Assembly: GCF_030144855.1 (NCBI RefSeq)
Contig: NC_082712.1
Location: forward strand, 90,334,001 to 90,398,000
Length of the DNA stretch: 64,000 nucleotides
DNA from: Hypanus sabinus
Taxonomy: Eukaryota
Reading direction: 5' to 3'
The notes under the pieces are model-generated. The model was not told the origin of the DNA, did not search any database, and saw nothing but the letters and a program-made list of their open reading frames with translations. Shown piece after piece: positions 37,701-48,826 of this stretch. Position 1 is the first letter of the stretch. Each line of letters starts with the position of its first letter. The position numbers and the translations under genes are program-made.

Positions 37701-40700
37701 CCTCCAAATACCCTGAGACCTCATCCTCATCGACTCCATCATCTTCCCAGCTACTGAGGTCAGGCTAACCACAATTTCGCTTTTTTGCCCCCTCACTCCT
37801 TGAAGAGTGGAGTGACACCTGCAATTTTCCAGTTTTCCAGAAACTTCTGATTCTTGATAGATTATTACTAATGCTCCACAATCTCCCCAGCCACCTTTTT
37901 CAGAACTAGGGGTGCAGTCCATCTGGCCCAGGTGACTTATCTACCTTCAGATCTTTCAGCTTCCCAAGCACCTTCTCACTAGTAATAGCAACAGGATTTA
38001 CTTCTGCCCCCTGACACTTCAACCCTCTGGCATACTGCTAGTGTTTTCCACATTGAAGACAGATGCAAGATACTTTAGTTGGTCGGTCATTTCCTTGTCC
38101 TCCATTACTACCTCTCCAGTGCCATTTTCCCACAGACCCATATCTACTCTCTACTCTCTTTTGCTCATTATGAAACATGAAGTGAAACGTGGCACTTGTG
38201 TCAAGTCAAATCAGCGAGGATTGTGCAAGGGCAGCCCGCAAGTGTTACCAGGCTTCTGATGCCAAAGTAGCATCCCACAACTTACACAGTCTTGTGTCCT
38301 TTCCTATCCAGAATCCACTCCAGTCCCGGGAAGAGTTTCCCAGTCCCCTGCCTCCCTCTCGGTGAGGGAAGGAGAGGCCGTTACACTGACGTGTATCTTA
38401 CAGACAACGGCGACCGAAGTGGAGGGGATATCGTTCATTTGGACGTGGGGAACTTCTTCAACCACCTGCTCCACAGTGCCCGGCATCAGCAGCAGGTGGC
38501 AGTGTGCCCCGGTTCCCGAGCCAGGAGTCCTTATCAAAGCTGATTTGCAAACTAAATCATCCGAGTTCGGCATCACCCGGGCTTCTCTGAATCACAGTGG
38601 GACTTATAAGTGTGATGTTGCAATCACCAAATCTCTGGCAAGGGTAATTTTACATGGAAATGGATCGACATTACTGGTGGAAGGTAGGTAAAGTTACATT
38701 TCATTTACTTTACTCTTCTTTCTGCGTGTACTCAGTGACTTCTTTCTTCCAATCTTTCGTGATACAGGGAGGAGTAAGCCCTTCCGACAATCCCAATTAA
38801 CCCAATCACAGGACGCTTTACAATGACCAATTAACCTACCCGGTATGTCTTTGGACTGTGGGAGGAAACTAATGCACGCTGGGAAAACCCACGCATTCCA
38901 CGGGGAGGGCAACGAGACTCCTTAAGTACCTCCTGAACCTATTTAAGTGCCCATTTATGCTGCCCATCCTCTTCAAGGTTTGATGTGTTGTGCATTCAGA
39001 GATGCTCTTCTGCAAACCTCTGTGTATTCTGAAGTTACTGTCACCTTCCTGTCAGTTTGAACCAGTCCGGCTAGTCTTCTCTATCCTTTCTCATTAACAA
39101 GGCATTTTTGTCCACACAAATGCTGCTCACTGGATGTCTTTTCTTGTTTTCGCAACATTCTTGGTAAACTTTGGAACTGCTGTGCCTGAAAAATTGCGGG
39201 AGATCAGCTGTTTCTGAGATACTCAATCCACCCCATCTGGCACCAACACTCATTCTACGATGAAAGTACAATTTCCAGAACTTCCGTGCACTTAGATCAC
39301 ATTTCTTCCTCATTCTGATGTTTGGTCTGAACAACAACTTGACTATGCCTGCGTGCTTTTAGGCATCGAGATGTTGTTACGTGATTGGCTGATTAGATGT
39401 TTGCATTAACAAATAGGTGTGCCTAATAAAGTGGCCACTGGATGTATGTGTGGTCTAATCTTCGTCAGCCTGTGCTTTCCAGAATCAGAATCAGGTTTAT
39501 TATCTCTGACACACAGCATGTTGTGAAGTGTGTGTTCTGTGGCAGCAGTACAGTGCAAGATATAAAAAAATTACTGTGTTACAGTAAGAGATATGGAAAA
39601 TAAGTAGTGACAAGATCATGAGGTAGTGTTCATAGTTTTATGGACCATTCACAAATCTGGTGGCTGAGGAGAAGAAGCTGTTCCTAAAACGTTAGGTCTA
39701 TGTCTTCCTCCTCCTTGATGGCAGCAAGGAGAAGAGGGCGGGTCCTGGGCAGTGGGGCTCCATAATGATGGATGCCGCCTCTTTTTTAAGGCGTCACTCT
39801 TTGAAGATGTCGTCCTTGCCGGGGTGGGCTGAGTTTGCAGCCCATTGCTGCGTATTCTGATCCTGTGCATTGGAGCCTCCAAAGTGCACAACAATGCAGC
39901 CAGTCAGAACTCTCTCCATGGTACATCTGTAGAAATTTCCTCAGTCTTTGGCGACACACCAAACCTCCTCAAACTCCAAATGGAATATAGCCAATGACAT
40001 GCCTTCTCCATAATTACATCAATATGTTGGGCCCAGGATAGATTTTCAGAGATGTTGATACCTAAGGAATGTAATGATGAGGTTGTATAAGGCATTGGTG
40101 AGGCCGAATTTGGAGTATTGTGTGCAGTTTTGGTAACCGAATTACAGGAAGGATATTAATAAGATTGAAAGAGTGCAGAGAAGGTTTACAAGGATGTTGC
40201 CGGGACTTGAAAAATTGAGTTACAGAGAAAGGTTGAATAGGTTAGGACTTTATTCCCTGGAGCGTAGGAGAGTAAAGGGAGATTTGATAGAGGTATATAA
40301 AATTATGATGGGTATAGATACAGTGAGTGCAAACAGGCTTTTTCCACTGAGGCTAGGGGAGAAAAAAACCAGAGGACATGGATTAAGGATGAAGGGGGAA
40401 ACTTTTAAAGGGAACATTAGGGGGAGCTTCTTCACACAGAGAGTGGTGGGAGTGTGGAATGAGCTGCCAGATGAAGTGGTAAATGGGAGCTCACTTTTGA
40501 CATTTACGAAAAACTTGGACAGGTATATGGATGAGAGGGGTTTGGAGGGATATGGCCCAGGTGCAGGTCAGTGGGACTAGGCAGAAAAATGGTTCGGCAC
40601 AGCCAAGAAGGGCCAAAAGGCCTGTTTCTGTGCTGTAATGTTCTATGGTTCTATGGTTCTAAGGACTTGAAATTGCTCACTCTTTCCACTTCTGACCCCT

Positions 40701-43700
40701 TGACTCCCCCTTCCTGAAGTCCACAAGCAATTCCTTGATCTTACTGAATGCTGAGTGAAAAGCTGTTGTTGCGACACCACTCAACAAGCTGATTTACCTC
40801 GGTCCTCTACACCTCCTTGTCACCACCTGAGATTCTGCCGACAACAGTGTGTCATTGGCAAATTTTATAGATGGCATTTGAACTGTGCCTAGCTGCACAG
40901 TCAGGAGTGCAGATTGAGCCATGCAGCGGAAAAGAGAGAGAGAGCGGAATCTTGAACAACATGCACGGAAGTTCTGGAAATGCTCAGCTGGTCAGGTAGA
41001 GAAAGTGTCGGAATGAAATGATCTGTACGGATTGCATGCAAAACCAAGTTTCTCCAAGGAGAAAGCAATAACGAGTTGCAGAATAGAGTGTAACAGCTAC
41101 AGAGAAAGGGCAGTGCAGTAAACAATAAGGTGCAAGGGTCAGAAAGATAGATTGTGAGATCACAACACTGTTATACAGGAGGTCCATTCAGTAGTCTTAT
41201 AACAATGGGATTCAAGCTGCCCTTGAGCCTGCTGGTACGTGATATCAGACTTTTGTATCTTCTGCCCAATGGGAGGAGGGTGTAAAGAGGACGTCTGGGG
41301 TGAGTGAGGTCTTTGAATATGTTGGCTGCGTTACCAAGGCAGCGAGAAGTATAGACAGAGTCCGTGGAGAGGTGGCTGGTTTGTGTGATGCACTGAGGTG
41401 TGTTCAGAACTCTCTGCCGTTTCTCGTGGTCCCTGGGACCTGGACAGAGCATCATACAGCACCGAATCAGGCCACAGGGGCCTCCGATGTTGCTATTGCC
41501 CTATGGGCACCATTTTGCATTGATCCCGTCCTCTAGCAGCAGGCCTCTACCCTGGACACTGAAGGTCTGGTCCAGGTACGTAGGGAGTTTCACATTTATT
41601 CACCGCTCTCTGGGTGGGAAAGTGGGTCTCCTCGATGCCGAGCTGGGTCCTCTATCTGGTTAACATGGTTCAATCAATGTGGGCCTTCTACACCTGGAAT
41701 TCGTCTTTCATTCCCTCACCTAACCATTCCCAGCTGTGGCCATCTATCTGAGCTCCGCGTCTCTTTGCCCAGAGTCGCCGCTGACGGTCTCCCAGCTGCC
41801 CTCCCTCATCACAGCGCTGGAAGGAGAAGACGCTAGGCTGACCTGCAGCCTCCAACGAGCGGTCGCCGATGTGAGGAACCTCAGCTTCACCTGGGTCAGC
41901 GAGAGGGCTGAGGTGTCCTGCACCGTCGCGGTCCCCGGACGGGAGTCGAACCGGTGCAGCAGTTGGGATGGAAGGCTTTCCGTCACGGCTCACGGCTGGA
42001 ATAAATCCTCGGTCCTGACCATCAAGGAAGTTTCTGTCCCGGACAATGGTACCTACAGGTGCGGGGTTACACTCCTCGATCCCCCCGGAAATGAGACGGT
42101 TTATGGAAATGGCTCTGTGCTGTTGGTCCTCGGTGAGTGCTTCTGCTATTTTACTGATCAAAGCGCTCTCGGCTCCCCCCACTATTACTCCCGCATCACT
42201 CGCTGCTCCTCTCTGTCCAGCCAGTACCCCACCTTGGGTTCTCAGCCTCCCTGACAGGTGGAGCTCAAATGCACGCGATGGGTCTTTTCCCATCGCCAGG
42301 GTCAGAGAGTCTCACATCAGGGGGTCAGACCACTCGGCCCATCACGTTTTGTGCTGATCGGTGGGCACCCGTTGTTTTGATCCCATCTTTAGCGCTTGGC
42401 CCGTTGCTTTCTGCGCCTGAGTGTCTAGACACCCCTTCAACCCTGGAGGTGGCCATGCTTCCACTGCTCTCTTCAGTGGCGTGTTGTCGGAACTCATTGT
42501 GCTCTGGGTGAGAAACGGCCAGCTCAGACAGAGAGGGGAAGGGGTGCAGAGAGAAGAGATAGAGAGGTGGAGATACAGATCAATAGATAGAGAAATAGAG
42601 AGGGAGACAGATAGAAAAGTATGGAGAGGGTGGAATGAGGGAGAGACAGACAGACACAGAAATAGAGACGTAGAAAGGAGAGGAGAGATAGAAAAATGAT
42701 AGTGAGGGAGAGAGTGAATGAGGGAGAGGGAAGAGGGAGTGGAGAAGAAAAGAAGGAGAGAGAGGAAAATATAAGGCGGGTGAGTGGGGAAGGGGAAGAT
42801 GAGAGAAATGGAGGGGGGAGGAGAAAGGGAGGGAGAAAGAGAGATGGCAATGAGGAGAAGAGAAGGGAAAGTGGAGAGAGTGAGAGAGACCAACAGAGGA
42901 AGGTGGAGGAAGAAAGAAAGATGGAGAGGGGAAAAACAGAGAGACAGAGATGATAAAAGAAGGAAGAAACATAGAGATGAAAAGAAGAGAGAGGGAGAAT
43001 GAGACAGAGGCAGTCTGTCTGAGTGCAGTCTGAGCAAGCTGCAAATAAGTGCAATATAAGATCATCTTCCCCCTCTGATCTCTCAGGTGAATTGGAATCT
43101 CCAGGGACCAATAAGTCTGAAGATCTTCGGCTGCTGCCTGGTGAGTTCTTGCAGCCTTTCGGGAGGGAGTGAACCAGAATGGATTCAGGGTGAACTGCTG
43201 CCAGATTACAAGCATTCTGTTTATAAATCCCTGTACAATTCAGGAAACACTATCCTGAAGTCGTTCATGAATCCTGATCATTGGGGAAGGACCAGGGTCA
43301 AATTCAAGAGATACTGTTATTCAATGCCACACACGTGTGCAGCTAAATGAAAACAACATGCCTCTGTTATTTACTGATAAGCCCCTTTGGCTTCTCAAAC
43401 AGAACCACCCAACAATCTCCTAATTTAATCCTATTGTAATCATGGGACAATGTCCAATGGCTATGTAACTGGTAGGTCTTTGTATTGTGGGAGCATATGG
43501 AGGAGACCACGTGGTCACATGGAGAGCATACAAACTCCTTACAGGCAGTGAACCCTGTATTGTAACATGTTCTGCTAGCCACTACACTACCGAGCCACCC
43601 TACTGCACATGTAGGTACAATCCATTGAAAAGTAATACTGGGATAAGGGGTTAGTTTGGTGGCCTTTCTAGTTCCACTCTACAGAAAACGATAAGATAGG

Positions 43701-46700
43701 GTCTTTTAAGAGACTTTTAGATAGCTACATGGAGCTTAGTAAAATAGAGGGCAATGGGTAAGCCTAGTAATTTCTAAGGCAGGGACATGCTCGGCACAGC
43801 TTTGTGGGCCAAAGGGCCTGTATTGTGCTGTAGGTTTTCTATGTTTCTATGTAGGAGTAGAGAGCCCTGGCCTCCACATTCGCCTGTGGCAATGAACAGT
43901 CAGTGCCTGGGCCTCCACATCCGCCTGTGACAATGAACAGTCAGTGCCCGGGCCTCCACATCTGCCTGTGACAATGAACAGTCAGTGCCCTGGTCTCCAC
44001 AGCCGCCTGTGGCAATGAACAGTCAGTACCCTGGTCTCCACATCCGCCTGTGACAATGAACAGTCAGTACCCTGGCCTCCACAGCCGCCTGTGACAATGA
44101 ACAGTCAGTGCCCTGGTCTCCACATCCGCCTGTAGCAATGAACAGCCAGTGCCCTGGTCTCCACATCCGACTGTGACAATGAACAGCCAGAGCCCGGGCC
44201 TCCACAGCCGCCTGTGGCAATGAACAGTCAGTGCCCTGGTCTCCACATCCGCCTGTGACAATGAACAGTCAGTGCCCTGGTCTCCACATCCGCCTGTGAC
44301 AATGAACAGTCAGTGCCCGGGCCTCCACATCCACCTGTGACAATGAACAGTCAGTGCCCTGGTCTCCACAGCCGCCTGTGACAATGAACAGCCAGTGCCC
44401 TGGTCTCCACATCCGCCTGTGACAATGAACAGTCAGTGCCCGGGCCTCCACATCCGCCTGTGACAATGAACAGTCAGTGCCCTGGTCTCCACAGCCGCCT
44501 GTGACAATGAACAGTCAGTGCCCTGGTCTCCACATCCGCCTGTGACAATGAACAGCCAGTGCCCTGGTCTCCACATCCGCCTGTGGCAATGAACAGTCAG
44601 TGCCCTGGTCTCCACATCCGCCTGTAGCAATGAACAGCCAGTGCCCTGGTCTCCACATCTGACTGTGACAATGAACAGCCAGAGCCCGGGCCTCCACAGC
44701 CGCCTGTGGCAATGAACAGTCAGTGCCCTGGTCTCCACAGCCGCCTGTGACAATGATCAGTCAGTGCCCTGGTCTCCACATCCGCCTGTGGCAATGAACA
44801 GTCAGTGCCTGGGTCTCCACATCCGCCTGTGGCAATGAACAGCCAGAGCCCTGGTCTCCATATCCGCCTGTGACAATGAACAGTCAGTGCCCTGGTCTCC
44901 ACAGCCGCCTGTGACAATGAACAGTCAGTGCCTGGGCCTCCACATCCGCCTGTGGCAATGATCAGTCAGTGCCCTGGTCTCCACATCCGCCTGTGGCAAT
45001 GAACAGTCAGTGCCCTGGTCTCCACATCCGCCTGTGGCAATGAACAGTCAGTGCCCTTGTCTCCACATCCACCTGTGGCAATGAACAGTCAGTGCCCTGG
45101 TCTCCACATCCGCCTGTGGCAATGGAACAGTCCGTGCCTGGGTCTCCACATCCGCCTGTGACAATGAACAGCCAGTACCCTGGTCTCCACATCCGCCTGT
45201 GGCAATGAACAGTCAGTGCCCTGGTCTCCACATCCGCCTGTAGCAATGAACAGCCATTGCCCTGGTCTCCACATCCGACTGTGACAATGAACAGCCAGAG
45301 CCCGGGCCTCCACAGCCGCCTGTGGCAATGAACAGTCAGTGCCCTGGTCTCCACATCCGCCTGTGGCAATGAACAGCCCGTGCCTGGGTCTCCACATCCA
45401 CCTGTGACAATGAACAGTCAGTGCCCTGGTCTCCACCTCCGCCTGTGACAATGAACAGTCAGTACCCTGGTCTCCACATCCGCCTGTGGCAATGAACATT
45501 GAGTGCTTGGGCCTCCACATCCGCCTGTGGCAATGAACAGCCAGTGCCCTGGTCTCCACAGCCGCCTGTGACAATGAACAGTCAGTGCCTGGGTCTCCAC
45601 ATCCGCCTGTGACAATGAATAGTCAGTGCCCTGGTCAGCACATCCGCCTGTGGCAATGAACAGTCAGTGCCCTGGTCTCCACATCTCCCTGTGGCAATGA
45701 ACAGTCAGTGCCCTGGTCTCCACATCCGCCTGTGGCAATGAACAGTCAGTACCCTGGTCTCCACAGTCGCCTGTGGCAATGAACAGCCAGAGCCCTGGTC
45801 TCCACATCCGCCTGTGACAATGAACAGTCAGTGCCCTGGTCTCCACATCCGCCTGTGGCAGTGAACAGCCAGAGCACTGGCCTCCACATCCACCTGTGAC
45901 AATGAACAGTCAGTGCCCGGGCCTCCACATCCGCCTGTGACAATGAACAGTCAGTGCCCTGGTCTCCACATCCGCCTGTAGCAATGAACAGCCAGTGCCC
46001 TGGTCTCCACATCCGACTGTGACAATGAACAGCCAGAGCCCGGGCCTCCACAGCCACCTGTGGCAATGAACAGTCAGTGCCCTGGTCTCCACAGCCGCCT
46101 GTGACAATGATCAGTCAGTGCCCTGGTCTCCACATCCGCCTGTGGCAATGAACAGTCAGTGCCTGGGTCTCCACATCCGCCTGTGGCAATGAACAGCCAG
46201 AGCCCTGGTCTCCATATCCGCCTGTGACAATGAACAGTCAGTGCCCTGGTCTCCACAGTCGCCTGTGGCAATGATCAGTCAGTGCCCTGGTCTCCTCATC
46301 CGCCTGTGGCAATGAACAGTCAGTGCCCTGGCCTCCACATCCGCCTGTGGCAATGAACAGCCAGAGCCCTGGTCTCCACATCCGCCTGTGACAATGAACA
46401 GTCAGTGCCCTGGTCTCCACATCCGCCTGTGGCAATGAACAGCCAGTGCCCTGGTCTCCACATCCGCCTGTGACAATGAACAGTCAGTGCCCTGGTCTCC
46501 ACCTCCGCCTGTGACAATGAACTGTCCGTGCCCTGGTCTCCACATCCACCTGTGACAATGAACAGTCAGTGCCTGGGTCTCCACATCCACCTGTGACAAT
46601 GAACAGTCAGTGCCCTGGTCTCCACCTCCGCCTGTGACAATGAACTGTCCGTGCCCTGGTCTCCACATCCACCTGTGACAATGAACAGTCAGTGCCCTGG

Positions 46701-48754
46701 CCTCCACATCCGCCTGTGACAATGAACTGTCCGTGCCCTGGTCTCCACATCTGCCTGTGGCAATGGAACAGTCCGTGCCTGGGTCTCCACATCCGCCTGT
46801 GACAATGAACAGTCAGTGCCCTGGCCTCCACATCTGCATGTGGCAATGGAACAGTCTGTGCCTGGGTCTCCACATCCGCCTGTGACAATGAACAGTCAGT
46901 GCCCGGGCCTCCACATCCGCCTGTGGCAATGAACAGCCAGTGCCCTGGTCTCCACATCCGCCTGTGGCAATGAACAGCCAGTGCCCTGGTCTCCACATCC
47001 GCCTGTGGCAATGAACAGTCAGTGCCTGGGCCTCCACATCCGCCTGTGGCAATGAACAGCCAGAGCCCTGGTCTCCACATCCGCCTGTGACAATGAACAG
47101 TCAGTGCCTGGGTCTCCACATCCGCCTGTGACAATGAACAGCCAGTGTCTGGGCCTCCACATCCGCCTGCGGCAATGAACAGCCAGAGCCCTGGTCTCCA
47201 TATCCGCCTGTGACAATGAACAGTCAGTGCCCTGGCCTCCACATCCGCCTGTGACAATGAACAGTCAGTGCCCGGGCCTCCACATCCGCCTGTGACAATG
47301 AACAGTCAGTGCCCTGGCCTCCACATCCGCCTGTGACAATGAGCAGTCAGTGCCTGGGTCTCCACATCCGCCTGTGACAATGAACAGCCAGTGCCTGTGT
47401 CTCCACATCCGCCTGTGGCAATGAACAGCCAGTGCCTGTGTCTCCACATCCACCTGTGACAATGATCAGCCAGTGCCTGTGTCTGCACATCCGCCTGTTG
47501 CAATGAACAGCCAGAGCCCTGGTCTCCACATCCGCCTGTGGCAATGATCAGTCAGTGCCCTGGTCTCCTCATCCGCCTGTGACAATGAACAGTCAGTGCC
47601 CTGGCCTCCACATCCGCCTGTGACAATGAACAGTCAGTGCCCTGGTCTCCACAGTCGCCTGTGGCAATGAACAGCCAGTACCTGGGCCTCCACATCCGCC
47701 TGTGACAATGAACAGTCAGTGCCCTGGTCTCCACATCCGCCTGTGACAATGAACAGTCAGTGCCCTGGCCTCCACATCCGCCTGTGACAATGAACAGTCA
47801 GTGCCCTGGTCTCCACATCCGCCTGTGATAATGATCAGTCAGTGCCCTGGTCTCCTCATCCGCCTGTGGCAATGAACAGTCAGTGCCCTGGTCTCCACAT
47901 CCGCCTGTGACAATGAACAGTCAGTGCCCTGGTCTCCACATCCGCCTGTGATAATGATCAGTCAGTGCCCTGGTCTCCTCATCCGCCTGTGGCAATGAAC
48001 AGTCAGTGCCCTGGTCTCCACTTCCACCTGTGGCACTGAACAGCACAGATTCACCAATCTGCATTAGTCCCAGATGAAACCAACTGCTTCTCTCCCTCCC
48101 CATCCCCCTGTACAGATCCCCAACTGACCTGCCATCTTGCTGCTTTCATCCTTAATCTGATTTTATTGGGGGAGAGAGAGCTTGAGGCATGTCGAATGAT
48201 CAGGTGAATGATGAGCCTTTGTGGGGCTGCAGGTCACGGTCTTTACTGGAGGCTTTGCTCTTGCTTGCTGGGTTGGTCTGCTGTCATGAGTGGAGGTGGG
48301 GGGGGATGGTTATTGCTTTGCTGCTGGTGTGTGGGAGGGGGCAGCTGGGGGGTTCCAACGTTTAACTGTCACTCGTTCTTTGGGGTACTCCTCTGTTTTC
48401 ATGGATCTCTGTGAAGAGCAAGAATTTCAGGTTGTTCATTGTATACATTCCTCTGATATTAAATGGAACAATTAAACTACTGCTTTGCACGGCTTATAAA
48501 GACATTGCACTGGGCTTGCTTTCCTCAATGGTCACCTGACATGGGAAGTTCCCAAAAAACAATAAAATGGAAACTTAATGTATTACCAGTCAGGGAAATG
48601 ACTGCATCATCAGATTATACCCATGAGGGAGAACTTGGCAGTGGGAGAGGGAAACAAATACCAGGGAACATAGATTCTTTGTGTGTGTGTGTGTGAGAGA
48701 GGGGGAGAGAGAACACGACAGAAAAGAGAGACAGAGAGAGAACAGAACAGAAAG

Positions 48755-48826
<72 letters not shown>

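Noticed and set aside
36589-42132. Rearranging TCR/Ig V segments
   Set aside because: Each V already includes its G strand and ends at a splice donor. No heptamer-spacer-nonamer RSS follows any V, and no C1 exon was found.
42455-42511. Alternative leader MLPLLSSVACCRNSLCS after V3
   Set aside because: The donor falls in phase 2, no V exon follows, and hydrophobicity is weak.
42342-43215. Long Leu/Ser/Phe-rich or Arg/Glu-rich ORFs resembling multi-pass membrane proteins
   Set aside because: They are translations of the purine/pyrimidine low-complexity tract. The same applies to 48681-49403.
43861-48040. Dozens of Cys/His/Trp-rich repetitive ORFs on the minus strand, and CRISPR-like periodicity
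   Set aside because: These are artefacts of a 41-bp unit cycling through three frames. There are no unique spacers and no cas genes, and the DNA is eukaryotic.
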